The notes below the pieces were generated by a model that saw only the letters and a list, made by a program, of their open reading frames with translations, was not told the DNA's origin and made no database searches. From positions 109,928,001 to 109,992,000 of the forward strand of contig NC_086108.1 of NCBI RefSeq assembly GCF_963921235.1: a stretch of 64,000 bases of DNA, written 5' to 3'. The position numbers and the translations under genes are program-made. Below, piece after piece: positions 51,422-64,000 of the stretch. This stretch comes from Mobula hypostoma. Its lineage: Eukaryota. Position 1 is the first letter of the stretch. Every line of letters starts with the position of its first letter.

Positions 51422-51786
51422 TTAGTGCCACTGGACTGAACGCTGTAACATTCACACAGGGTCGGGTGAAGCAGTAATCTGCAGCTGCCCTGTGTTCAGC
51501 AGTTCCTCCCCTTTCTCCTCCAGACTGTAATTAAAAATTAAGAACTACGTCACCTTTCAGCCTGCCAGGCTCCGAAAGTTGAGAGCTGGGCCTGGTATCG
51601 CTGAATCTGCTGAATTATTCATCTGTGCTTCATCACATTATAATGAAACTAGTGGATATGGCCCAGTCCATCACGGGTAAAGTCCTCCCCACCTCTGAGC
51701 GCATCCATATGGAGCATTGTCGCAGGAAAACTGCATCCATCATCAGAGGCCCCCACCACCCTGGTCGTGTTCTCAATATTAATTGC

Positions 51787-51818
<32 letters not shown>

Positions 51819-52714
51819 GTGTTTGCATAATTCGTTGTCTTCTATACATCAGTTCTTTGTCCATCTTGTTAGATGTGGTCTTGCACTGATTCTATTGTGT
51901 TTCTTTGTATTTACTGTGAATGTCTACAAGAAAATGAATCTTAGGGTTGTATACGGTGACATACATGTAGAAACCTTTACTTAGAACTTTTGAACTTGTG
52001 TCTGCCTTTCCGCTCACTGTCAGCGAAGTCTCCAGTATAAAATTAAACTTGGCTTGTAACGATTAAAGAAATTACTCACAAGAGATATTCTGCAGATGGA
52101 TAGAGCTGAGTACATCACTTTCAATCTATTGACAGAATCTCATAGATCCTCATCCTATCCCTCCTCAGAGTAGCGAGATCATAGGGACAACATTCCCTCC
52201 ATATCGCACAGCAGCCTAACGTAGTAGAGCACAGGATCAAAGTTCAAAGTAAATTTATTATCAAAGTACATATATGTCACCTTCTACACCCAGCGATTCA
52301 TTTTCTTGTGGGCATTCTCAACAAATCTATAGAATAATAACCATGACAGAATCAATGAAAGGTGGCCCAACTAGGGCGTTCAATCAGAGTGTAGAAGACA
52401 ACAAACCGCAAATACAAAGAGAAACAACAATAATAAATAAGTACACAATAAATATTGAGAACATGAGATGAAGATTTCTTCAAAGTGAGTCCATAATTTG
52501 TGGGAACAGTTCAGTGATGGGATGAATGAAGCTGAGTGAAGTTATCAGCTTTGATTCAAGAGCTGATGGCTGAGGGGCAGTAAGCTGATGGTGCGAGTCC
52601 TGAGGTTCCTGTATCTTCTTCCTGAAGGCACCATTGAGAAGAGAGCATGGCCTGAGTGGAGGGGGTCACTGATGATGGATGCTGCTTTCCTGCAACTGTA
52701 TTCCCTGGAGATGT

Positions 52715-53980
52715 AACAGGCCTTTTGGCACACGATGCTGCGCCAAACCAATTAAATTAATAACCAACTAAACTAGTTCCTTCTGCCTCCACAATGTCCA
52801 CATCTTTCCATCTTCCTCATGTTCATGTGTCTATCTAAACAAGTCCTGAATGTATCTGCATTTACAACTACCCCAGGCAGCGTGTTCCAGACATCCACCA
52901 CTCTCTGTGTAAAAAAAACCCTGCCCCTAACATGTTCTTTGAACTTACCCCTTCTCACCTTAAATGCATGCCCTCTGGTATTAGACATTTCAACCCTGGG
53001 AAAAAGATACTGTCTGTCTATCCTATCTATCCCTCCCATAATCTCATAAACCCCTAACCTATCCCCTGTCCTCAGACGCCCCAGAGAAAACAACACAAGT
53101 TTGCCCAACACTCATTGACTAACTTGGAAATGTATCACTTTTCTTTTCTTGATGGTTTTTAATCCCCAAGCATCCTTCCTAATTACAAGGACTGCAGTGG
53201 TTCAAAAAGATGGCTCACCACTACCTTCAACAGACACAAAATGCTAGAGGAACTCAGCAGGCCAGGCAGCATCAATGGGAAAAAACACAGTCAGTGTTTC
53301 AAGCCGAAACCCTTCAGCAGGTTCCTCCAGCGTTTTGTGTGTGTTGCTCAGATTTCTCTTGTTTGGTTACCACTACCTTCACAAGGGCTATGGGGGTTGG
53401 CAATAAACTGCAGCCTTCCCAGTGACTCCCAGATCCCATAAACAAATTGGAGTATTGGGTTCAGCTTGGAAGCTTCAGAGAGGGTGCAGAGGAGATTTAC
53501 CAGGATGCTTCCTGGATTCAAGAGCATGTCTTATGAGGATAGGTTGAGCGAGCTAGGGCTTTTCTCATTGGAGGAAAGGAGGATGAGAGGAAACGAGAGA
53601 GGTGTACAAGATAATAAGAGGTATAGATCAAGTATACAGCTAGAGGCTTTTTCCCAGGTCGGAAATGGTTAGTATGAGGGGGCATCCCTTTAAAGTGAGT
53701 GAAGGAAGCTATGGGGGGGATTTCACAGGTAGGTTGCATTACAGAGGTAGGTATTTTTAAAACGCAGTGCTGGGTGCATGGAACATACTGCCAGGGGTGG
53801 TGGTAGAGGCAGATACATTAAAGGTATTTAAGAAACTTTTAGGCATATGGATGATAGAGAAATGGAGTGTTATGTAGAATGGAAGGACTAGATTGATTTT
53901 AGGTTAGGTTAAAGGATTAGCATAACATCATGGGCCAAAGGGCCTGCATTGTGTTGTACTGTTCTATGTTCTCTGTTCAA
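52715..53980. mobile_element. Two CR1 3' fragments (~52715-53110 minus; ~53445-53980 plus) around a Penelope remnant
   Basis: TRGHAFKVRRGKFK..FFTQRVVDVWNTLP; ERVQRRFTRMLPGFKSMSYEDRLSELGLFSLE. Confidence 0.8.
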
Positions 53981-54029
53981 ATTTAAAGTCATAGAATTGT
54001 ACAGCACAGAAACAGGCCATTCAGCTCAC

Positions 54030-55520
54030 AGTGTCACTGGCAGCGCCAGAGATTTTTTCTTGCTGATGCTACAGTGGCGCTGAATTATTCAGTGATGGTG
54101 CTGAGGGATGCGCTGTATGGTAATATGTATTCGCAAGGCCAGATGCGTGGTGTTAAAAAGTCAGTTTCATGCATTATGTGCCTACTATAAACGCCTCTGT
54201 TGATTCACAAGCAACAGCAATTGATAAATGTAATATAGAAGTGAACTGTGACAGTGTCAACAGCATCAGAGACAACCCGGGCTACACAGAGCATAAACAA
54301 ACAAACCAACAGAGCATCCGACCCACAGCGCACAACGTGAATCACGCATCAATCCCGCAATCAGCGTCAAATGCGTGCTTTTCAACTGAAAAACACACTA
54401 ACCCACCATGTCCACTGCTATTCGCATTACATAGACAGACAATGCCAAAAGATACACCATTATTAAAGTCAAATAAGGCAAACAACCAATGCAAGGCTTT
54501 ACCAGGAGTTGGACAAATCGTACTCTGACCATGCAATACCTCAATTAATTCGGCTACTGAACTTAAAACAAAAATCAACAGAATCACCTCATATACGCAC
54601 AACTTTCGTGAACAATCTTTGCATGTCCTTTATCAAGCATATTTCCCAATTTTGAACCGTCTTGTTTTCTCAATCTGAATTAGGCCCATGCCTCCATAGC
54701 AAACTTATGAGCTGCACTTACATGATGGGTTATGAAAGCTGTTGCAGCTTTCCACCAGTTGTGGTAACCGGTGACATGAAGGTAGACTCAGAATGGAACC
54801 CATGTCATCCACACAGGAAATGCCTGCATGCAAAGCAGAACGTAGTACCTTTCGGGATCAAATATTCCAGCCAGGAGTACAGGTCAAACCAGCCATGAAT
54901 AAAACTCCTTTGCTGATTGCCAAACTGTTGCGAGCAGCAAAGGGTACTTTTTCAATGCTGGCCGATGGGGTCCTTCCTCAGGCTGCTGGCTAACATCGCT
55001 AACAGTATTCCCACTAGCACTAAGAGCAGATTCATCCATGTTCTCTTCCGAATCCCACTCCATTTCTTGTTCCTCTACTTCGCCCTCACACTCCTTCAAT
55101 GAACTGCTGTCGTCCTCATCCCCACTTACTTCTTTCTGCATGTCACTTTCAATTAAGACAGGCTCAGGCTGAGACACCACTGACTCCTCTGGATGAGGTC
55201 GTTTTCTCACTAAAAATCGATCCATTTTTCATGCCGACCAAAATAATGCACGTGCCAAGCCCACGCTCGCTTGTAAAAGCACAATGTGTGTGTGGCATCC
55301 GTTAGTCTCGCGAGACCACGGATCTGCGCCTGGATGTATACTATCAATCTCTCGCGTGAGTGAGAATGAGTGACATCATCACCTTAAGTGACCTTAGATC
55401 AGCTTAACTGGTTTGAGGACAGCAACAGCAAGACATTGACAGTGTGGGAGAGAGCAGAGGCCTCCGGAGGTGTGGCTCGCTGGAACCTATAATGGGTTGG
55501 CACTGGCCACTCCTGTCAGT
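54030..55520 (-). mobile_element. hAT (Tip100/ZMYM1-like) transposon relic; termini uncertain
   Basis: MDRFLVRKRP..acidic..GPHRPALKKYP, then a frameshifted RSFIHGWFDLYSWLEY..FCFACRHF typical of a TTF-type zinc finger. Confidence 0.65.
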
Positions 55521-56188
55521 GATGCCCTCCAGTGTTCATCCAGTGGAAGATCAAACTGGACCAGGGCAACATCAGTCTAAAGGCCATGTCACTCAATGAC
55601 TTGGGCTACATATCTGTTTGTAACTGTATGTTTTCCTCCTATTGCAACTATATGTGCAGTGTGCTGTGTGCTGTTGGTAATGTGTTTTGCACCTTGGTCT
55701 GGAGGAACACTGTTTTGTTTGGCTGTGTTCATGTATGGTTGAATAACAATTAAACTTGAACTTGAACTTGGCTAATCTCACTTGCCTGCAGTGGTCCCAT
55801 ATTCCAATTTGTCATCATCACTGACAACAGAAAATTAGCCAGCATTTCTGCTTACAGAGGTATGTCGCAGTTCCAATGCTCAAAGCATTAGAGTACATTT
55901 CCAGTAGAGATTTACAGACTGCAGATCTTGGCACACGTCCCAGTAAACCACAAACTCAAAGCCTCAGCAGATTATTGGCACCAATGCCTGCTGCCCCAAT
56001 GCACATTTTAACTGTTAACTTCCAAAAGGTTCACTGGTCTCTCGTTCCCAGATTGGAATCAGGTCTATTATCACTGACTTATATGATGTGAAATTGTTGT
56101 TTTGCAGCAGAGAGAGACAGAGAGACAGGCAGAGAGTGAGAGGCTTCGTGAGACAGGCAGAGAGAGAGAGGGGCTGTGAAACAGGCAG

Positions 56189-56228
<40 letters not shown>

Positions 56229-56282
56229 GTTTGTGAGACAGGTAGAGAGAGAGACAGAGAGTTGTGATAGGTTTGCAGAGAG

Positions 56283-56800
56283 TTAGAAAAGATGTGCTGG
56301 CATTGGAGAGGGTCCAGAGGAGGTTCACAAGGATGATTCCAGGAATGAAAGGATTATCATACGAGGAACGTTTGATTGCTCTGGGTCTGTACTTGCTGGA
56401 ATTTAGAAGGATGAGGGGGGATCTCATTGAAACCTTTTGAATGTTGAAAGGCCTCGACAGAGTAGATGTGGAAAGGATGTTTCCCATGGTGGGAGAGTCT
56501 AGGACAAGAGGGCACAGCCTCAGGATAGAGGGGCGCCCTTTTAAAACAGAGATGCAGTGAAATTTCTTTATCCAAAGGATGGTGAATTTGTGGAATTTGC
56601 AGCTGTGGAGGCCAGGTCGTTGAGTGTATTTAAGGCAGAGATTGATAGGTTCCTGACTGGACACGGCATCAAAGGTTATGGGGAGAAGGCCGGGAACTGG
56701 GGTTGAGGGGGAGGAAGAGAAAAAAAGGACCAGCCATGATTGAATAGCGGAGCAGACTCAAGGGCCTGACGGCCTAATTCTGCTCCTATGTTTTATGGTT
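56283..56800 (+). mobile_element. CR1 3' fragment following a (GA)n tract
   Basis: RKDVLALERVQRRFTRMIPGMKGLSYEERL; 3' UTR and tail present. Confidence 0.88.
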
Positions 56801-57193
56801 TGGAGCGAGTTGGAGGAGGGAGGGAGCGAGATGTGGGAGGGGTGGAGAGAGTTGGGGGAGGGGGAGTGAGATGTGGGAGGGGTGGAGAGAGTTGGAGGAG
56901 GGAGGGAGTGAGATGCGGGGAGGGAGTGAGATGCGGGAGGGGTGGAGAGGGTTGTGGGAGGGGTGGAGAGAGATGGAGGAAGGGAAGAGAGATGGGGACG
57001 GGGAGGGGAAGAGAGATGGAGAGGGGGGAGAGATGGGGAGGGAGAGAGATGGGGAGGGAGAGAGATGGGGAGGGAGAGAGATGGGGAGGGAGAGAGATGG
57101 GGAGGGGAGAGATGGGGAGGGGAGAGATGGGGAGGGGAGAGATGGGGAGGGGAGAGATGGGGAGGGGAAGAGTGTTGGGAGAGGGAGAGAGAT
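56801..57193. repeat. G/A-rich satellite (GAGAGATGGGGAGGG-like unit)
   Basis: Tandem 15-17-bp purine units. Confidence 0.92.
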
Positions 57194-57194
57194 T

Positions 57195-60100
57195 GAACAT
57201 ACAGAATAGTACAGCACAGTACAGGCCCTTCGGCCCACAATGTTGTGCCGATCCTCAAACCCTGCCTCCCATATAAGCCCCCACCTTAGATTCCTCCATA
57301 TACCTGTCCAGTAGTCTCTTAAACTTCACTAGTGTATCTGCCTCTACCACTGACTCAGGCAGTGCATTCCACACAGCAACCACTCTCTGAGTAAAAAACC
57401 TTCCTCTAATATCCCCCTTGAACTTCCCACCCCTTACCTTAAAGCCATGTCCTCGTGTATTGAGCAGTGGTGCCCTGGGGAAGAGGAGCTGGCTATCCAC
57501 TCTATCTATTCCTCTTATTATCTTGTACACCTCTATCATGTCTCCTCTCATCCTCCTTCTCTCCAAAGAGTAAAGCCCTAGCTCCTTTAATCTCTGATCA
57601 TAATGCATACTTTCTAAACCAGGCAGCATCCTGGTAAATCTCCTCTGTACCCTTTCCAATGCTTCCACATCCTTCCTATAGTGAGGTGACCAGAAGTGGA
57701 CACAGTACTCCAAGTGTGGCCTAACCAGAGTTTTATAGAGCTGCATCATTACATCGCGACTCTTAAACTCTATCCCTCGACTTATGAAAGCTAACACCCC
57801 ATAAGCTTTCTTAACTACCCTATCCACCTGTGAGGCAACTTTCAGGGATCTGTGGACATGTACCCCGAGATCCCTCTGCTCCTCCACACTACCAAGTATC
57901 CTGCCATTTACTTTGTACTCTGCCTTGGACTTTGTCCTTCCAAAGTGTACCACCTCACATTTCTCTCCGGGTTGAACTCCATCTGCCACTTCTCAGCCCA
58001 CTTCTGCATACTATCAATGTCTCTCTGCAATCTTTGACAATCCTCTACACTATCTACAACACCACCAACCTTTGTGTCATCTGCAAACTTGCCAACACAC
58101 CCTTCTGCCCCCACATCCAGGTCGTTAATAAAAATCACAAAAAGTAGAGGTCCCAGGACAGATCCTTGTGGGACACCACTAGTCACAATCCTCCAATCTG
58201 AATGTACTCCCTCCACCACCACCCTCTGCCTTCTGCAGGCAAGCCAATTCTGAATCCACCTGGCCAAACTTCCCTGGATTCCATGCCTTCTAACTTTCTG
58301 AATAAGCCTACCGTGTGGAACCTTGTCAAATGCCTTACTAAAATCCATATAGATCACATCCACTGCACTACCCTCATCTATATGCCTGGTCACCTCCTCA
58401 AAGAACTCTATCAGGCTTGTTAGACACGATCTGCCCTTCACAAAGCCATGCTGACTGTCCCTGATCAGACCATGATTCTCTAAATGCCTATAGATCCTAT
58501 TTCTAAGAATCTTTTCCAACAGCTTTCCCACCACAGACGTAAGGCTCACTGGTCTATCATTACCCGGACTATCCCTACTACCTTTTTTGAACAAGGGAAC
58601 AACATTCGCCTCCCTCCAATCGGCCGGTAACATTCCCGTGGACAACGAAGACATAAAGATCCTAGCCAGAGGCTCAGCAATCTCTTCTCACCTCGTGGAG
58701 CAGCCTGGGGAATATTCCGTCAGGCCCCGGGGACTTATCTGTCCTAATGTATTTTAACAACTCCAACACCTCCTCTCCCTTAATATCAGCATGCTCCAGA
58801 ACATCAACCTCACTCATATTGTCCTCACCATCATCAAGTTCCCTCTCATTGGTGAATACCAAAGAGAAGTATTCATTGAGGACCTCGCTCACTTCCACAG
58901 CCTCCAGGCACATCTTCCCACCTTTATCTCTAATCGGTCCTACCTTCACTCCTGTCATCCTTTTTTTCTTCACATAATTGAAGAATGCCTTGGGGGTTTC
59001 CTTTACCCTACTCGCCAAGGCCTTCTCATGCCCCCTTCTTGCTCATCTCAGCCCCTTCTTAAGCTCCTTTCTTGCTTCCCTATATTCCTCAATAGACCCA
59101 GCTGATCCTTGCTTCCTAAACCTCATGTATGCTGCCTTCATCCTCCTGACTAGATTTTCCACCTCACTTGTCACCCATGGTTCCTTCACCCTACCATTCT
59201 TTATCTTCCTCACCGGGACAAATTTATCCCTTACATCCCGCAAGAGATCTCTAAACATCGAGCACATGTCCATAGTACATTTCCCTGCAAAAACATCATC
59301 CCAATTCACACCCGCAAGTTCTAGCCTTATAGCCTCATAATTTGCCTTTCCCCAATTAAAAATTTTCCTGTCCTCTTTGATTCTATCCTTTTCCATGATA
59401 ATTATAAAGGCCGGGGAGCGGTGGTCACTGTCCCCCAGATGCTCACCCACTGAGAGATCTGTGACCTGACCCGGTTCATTACCTAGTACTAGATCTAGTA
59501 TGGCATTCCCCCTGGTCGGCCTGTCCACATACTGTGACAGGAATCCATCCTGGACACACTTAACAAATTCTGCCCCATCTAAACCCTTGGAACTAATCAG
59601 GTGCCAATCAATATTAGGGAAGTTAAAGTCACCCATGATAACAACCCTGTTATTTTTGCACCTTTCCAAAATCTGCCTCCCAATCTGCTCCTCTGTATCT
59701 CTGCTGCTACCAGGGGGCCTATAGAATACCCCCAGTAGAGTAATTGCTCCCTTCCTGTTCCTGACTTCCACTCATATTGACTCAAAAGAGGATCCTGCTA
59801 CATTACCCACCCTTTCTGTAGCTGTAATAGTATCCCTGACCAGTAATGCCACCCCTCTTCCCCTTTTTCCGCCCTCTCTATCCCTTTTAAAGCTCTGAAA
59901 TCCAGGAATATTGAGAATCCATTCCTGCCCTGGTGCCAGCCAAGTCTCTGTAATGGCCACTACATCATAATTCCATGTATGTATCCAAGCTCTCAGTTCA
60001 TCACCTTTGTTTCTGATGCTTCTTGCATTGAGGTACACACATTTCAGCCCTTCTACCTTATTGTCTTTACACCGTTTATTCTGCTTCTCTTTCCTCAAAG

Positions 60101-60372
60101 CCTCTGGCTTTACTCCATGCACTTCTTTCACTGCTCTATCGCTCTGGGTCCCATCCCCCTTGCAAATTAGTTTAAACTCTCCCGAACCATGCTAGCAAAC
60201 CTACCTGCAAGGATATTGCTCCCCCTCGAGTTCAGGTGCAACCCATCCAATCTGTACAGGTTCCACCTTCCCCAGAAGAGATCCCAATGATCTAAAAATC
60301 TAAAACCCTGCTCCCTGCACCAACTCCTCAGCCATGCATTCAACTGCCATCTCCTCCAATTCTTACCATCTC
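57195..60372 (-). mobile_element. CR1 LINE with full-length but disrupted ORF2 and the end of ORF1
   Basis: APE motifs YLNARS..ITETWL..GDFNFP..SDH; RT motifs GVPQGSVLGP..KFADDTK; ORF1 end WDLFWGRWNLYRLDGLHLN. One stop and about 3 frameshifts. Confidence 0.95.
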
Positions 60373-61530
60373 TGATGGGGAGAGGGAGAGAGATGGGGAG
60401 GGGGGAGAGAAATGGGAAGGGGGAGAGAGATGAGAAGGGGGAGAGATGGGGAGGGGGAAGAGAGATGGGGAGGGAAGAGAGACGGGGAGGGAAGAGAGAC
60501 GGGGAGGGAAGAGAGACGGGGAGGGAAGAGAGACGGGGGAGAGATGGGGAGGGGGAGAGATGGGGAGGGGGAGAGATGGGGAGGGGGAGAGATGGGGAGG
60601 GGGGAGAGATGGGGGAGAGATGGGGAGTGGGGAGAGATGGGAAGGGGGAGAGATGGGGAGAGGAGAGAGAGATGGGGAGAGGAGAGAGAGATGGGGAGAG
60701 GAGAGAGAGATGGGGAGGGGAAGAGAGCTGAGGGAGGGGGAGAGATGGGGGAGGGGGAGAGATGGGGGAGGGGGAGAGATGGGGAGGGGGAAGAGAGATG
60801 GGGAAGGGAGAAGGAGATGGGGAGGAGAAGAGATGGGGAGGGGAAGAGATGGGGAGGGGAAGAGAGATGAGGAGGGGGAGAGATGGGGGAAAGATGGGGA
60901 GGGGAAAAGCTGGGGAGGGGGAGAGATGGGGAGGGGAGAGGAGGGGAGGGGGAGAGGAGGGGGAGAGATGGGGACAGGGAGAGATGGGGACGGGGAGAGG
61001 AGGGGGAGAGATGGGGAGGGGGAGAGATGGGGAGGGGGGAGAGATGGGGAGGGGGGAGAGATGGGGAGGGGAGAGGAGGGGGAGAGATGGGGAGGGGAGA
61101 GGAGGGGGAGAGATGGGGAGAGGAGAGAGATGGGGAGGGGGAGTGATGGTGGAAGATGGGGAGGGGAGAGAGATGGGGAGGGGACAGGAGGGGGAGAGAT
61201 GGGGACGGGGAGAGGAGGGGGAGAGATGGGGAGAGATGGGGAGTGGGGAGAGATGAGGAGAGATGGGGAGGGGAGAGGAGGGGGAGAGATGGGGAGAGGA
61301 GAGAGATGGGGGAGGGGGGAGTGATGGTGGAAGATGGGGAGGAGAGAGATGGGGAGGGGAGAGGAGGGAGAGAGATGGGGAGGGGAGAGGAGGGGGAGAG
61401 ATGGGGAGGGGAGAGGAGGGGGAGAGATGGGGAGGGGAAGTGATGGGGGAGGGGAAGAGATGGGGGAGGGGAAGAGATGGGGGAGGGGAAGAGATGGGGG
61501 AGGGGGAGAGTGTTGGGAAGAGGGAGAGAG
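60373..61530. repeat. G/A-rich satellite (GAGAGATGGGGAGGGG unit)
   Basis: About 1.15 kb of tandem purine-rich units with G4-G6 runs. Confidence 0.95.
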
Positions 61531-61799
61531 GGTGATTTAGAGTTGTCTGACATTAAATTTACAGGATGTGACTCATTGAATCCCACAAGGACCAGTCACA
61601 ACCCTTTGATCAAATGCGTAAACAGTTTCAGAGACAGGGTGGAAAGCCAATGTGCTGTCAATGACACAGAGAGAGATGGAGCTGCAACAAGGGGAAACAG
61701 AAACATTAACTCACAGAGACTTTGTATTAGACGTTTAATGTGGGTAACAGCCATCCTGTCAAAGAGGAGGGAATTTTCTAGAATACTAAGTGTGGTCCA

Positions 61800-62135
61800 G
61801 GGGAATCCTGGAAGGGTGGGGGAGGGGAAGAATCCTAGAAGTGTGGGGAGAAGGATAATTCTCAAAGGCTGGGGGAGAGAAGGGGGATCCTGGAAGGGTG
61901 GGGGAGGGGGGGATTCTGGATGGGTGGGGGAGAGGGGTGATTCTGGAAGGGTGGGAGAGGGGGGGGTTCCTGGAAGGGTGGGGGAAATGAGGGGGATTCC
62001 TGGAAGGGTGGAAGGGTGGGGGAGAGGAGGGGGATTCTGGAAGGATGGGGGCGAGGGAGGATTCTGGAAGGATGGGGAGAGGGGGAGGATTCTGGAAGGG
62101 TGGGGGAGAGGAGGGGGATTCTGGAAGAGTGGGGC
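61800..62135. repeat. ~30-bp G-rich minisatellite
   Basis: Repeated gggggattctggaagggtgggggagagga-like units. Confidence 0.85.
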
Positions 62136-63394
62136 AGTAGAGGAATGCATGAACTGAAATTGAAATATCTGAAAGCAATTAAAAATCCCAAAAGGATGGC
62201 AGTGGGTAATGAAACAACTCACAGGGGAGGCTGCAAGAACATCCCCGTCCCTAACGCAGTGTTCACTGTGAAGAGCCAAAACAGCCTGAGTCAAAAGCAC
62301 GGGGGAGGGGGAGGGAGAGGGGGTGGGTAGGAGGGCGGAAGGTGGGAGACTGGCTGGGGGAGAGAGTGCAGGGGGGGCGGGAGGAGAGAGTTCAGGGTAC
62401 AGAGGAGGGATAGGAGAGGGCATAGATGGGGTTGGGAATCACGGGACACTCATGTCCATGTGGTTAGGTACAGCTCAATAGAACGTAAAACATTACAGGC
62501 CCTTTGGCCCATAATGTTGTTGCAAACTTTTCACCTACTCTAGGATCAACCTAACCATTCCCTCCGACACAATCCTCCATTTTTCTATCATCCACGGGCC
62601 TATCTAAGAGTTTCTTAAATGCCTTTTATGTATCTGCCTCTACCACCACCCCTGGCAGGGTGTTCCATGCACCCTCCACTCTGTGTAAAATACCTACCTC
62701 TGACATCCCCCCTATACTTTCCTCCAATCACCTTAAAATTTTGCTCCCTCAAGCTCCATTTATAAATTTGCTGATGGCATGGCTATGCTGGAATCTTAGA
62801 TGGCATTGAGGAGGCGTACAGGATGAAGACAGATCAGCAGATTGAGCAGTATCACAACAACCACCTTGCATTCAACATCAATGAGACTTAGGAGTCGATT
62901 ATGGACTTCAGGAAGAGGAGGTCAGAAGAACAGTTGGACAAGGTTAAAGGATTACCAAAATATGGTGGGCTGAAGGGTGTGTACTGTGCTGTACTGTTCT
63001 ATGTCCTGCGGTCCATGTTCTTAACACACACCAGTCCTCATCGAGGGGCCAGCAGTGGAAAAGGTGAACAGTTTCAAGTTCTTGGGCATCTACATATCAG
63101 AGTTCCGACATATTGATGCAATCACATCAGCAGGTCTTCTTTGTTAGGATTTTGAAGAGACTTCTTATGTCGGCAAAGACGAAAGCAAATTTCTACAGAT
63201 GTATCAGGGAGAGCGTGCTAACTGGTGCATCGCCATCTGATATAGAGAGACCACTGCAGAGAATTGGAAAAGCTACAGAGGGTTGTAGACATAGACAACT
63301 CCATCATGGGCACTAGCCTCCCCACTATCAAGAATATCTTCAAAGGCGGTGCCTTAAGAAAGCAGCATCTATCATTAAGGACCTTTACTATCCA

Positions 63395-63800
63395 GGGTGG
63401 CTGGGTAGAGATACATCTCTGCCAAAGGAAGTGTAAGGTGTTCCTTCCCTCTGCTGGTCTGCAGGACACCCTTGGGCAAGGTGTGGCACCTGCTTAGCCC
63501 CCTGATCAGGGCCACGTGAAGCCATGAGAGCAGGTGGTAGATGGTCGTATGAGCAGCTGGTGCATATCACAAGTCCTGGTTATGCAACCATTGACACCAG
63601 ACAGACAATCTCTGAAGAGTATTGATAATGGCTGGGGTCACCCATCTTGTAAAGGCACTGCCCAGAAGAAGACAATGGCAAACATTTTTGCAGAAAAATT
63701 TGCCAAGAACAATTATGGTGACCATAATTGCCTACGACATATGACACGGCACATAATGGTGATGTCATACAACACGGCACATAATGATGATGGTGATAAT
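63395..63800 (+). mobile_element. RTE-related SINE-like element, intact copy
   Basis: Homologous to 32718-32750 plus 34538-34860; (TGA)n tail; inserted in a Rex1-type remnant. Confidence 0.65.
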
Positions 63801-64000
63801 GAACATCCAGGAATGTCCCTTTCTCACTGCTACCATCAGGGAGGAGGTACAGGAGCCTGAAGACTCACACTCAATATTTTCAGAACATATTCTTCCCCTC
63901 CACCGTCAGATACCCGAATGGTCCACGAACCCATGAACACTCTAATGACTATTTTGCTCTTTTTTTGTATTATTTTTAATATATTCCTTATTGCATCTTA

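Noticed and set aside
53288..53322. Additional hammerhead-like motifs (also ~12325-12360, ~37953-37990, ~49060-49080)
   Set aside because: Core nucleotides are mutated or truncated (e.g. CUGCUGA, lost GAAA or UH), so they are treated as dead copies.
60363..62423. Pro/Ser-rich and Gly/Arg/Glu-rich ORFs (also 5473-6383 and 56758-57276)
   Set aside because: Translations of low-complexity purine satellites. Only 6071-6192 is a real exon.
63395..63500. Possible HDV-like fold at the 5' end of the second RTE-related SINE
   Set aside because: A P1-like pairing exists (GGGTGG with (G)ACACCC/GTCACCC), but I could not assign a convincing P2, L3 and CNRA set by eye.
40000..64000. First exon of PRKACB, the head-to-head neighbour of TTLL7 in human
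   Set aside because: No MGNAATAKKG-like exon was found on the plus strand in this window.

Overview
This is eukaryotic (vertebrate) genomic DNA, and most of it is nested transposable elements. The repeat mix (HER1-type CR1 LINEs, V-SINEs, Rex1/Babar, RTE, Penelope-like elements) suggests a cartilaginous fish, probably a ray; that is inference. The only host gene I recognise is TTLL7 (tubulin polyglutamylase) on the minus strand. It has three phase-compatible N-terminal coding exons (12078-11938, 6192-6071, 4382-4315) and continues beyond the left edge; its first exon is not securely located. Upstream of these exons is a full-span, decayed Gmr1-like Gypsy LTR element (12861-24308) with PR-IN-RT-RH order, a SCAN-like gag, a tRNA-Pro PBS and four nested insertions. 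The window also holds hAT, Tc1 and Tigger relics, a 2.5-kb 26/23-bp minisatellite and G/A-rich satellites. The most interesting signals are RNA structures carried by the repeats. Four minimal type I hammerhead ribozyme motifs sit in Penelope pLTRs. A CPEB3/HDV-like ribozyme fold with an unusual extra hairpin sits at the 5' end of an RTE-type non-autonomous element, and one copy lies in sense orientation inside a TTLL7 intron. All family assignments and folds were made by eye and need computational confirmation.
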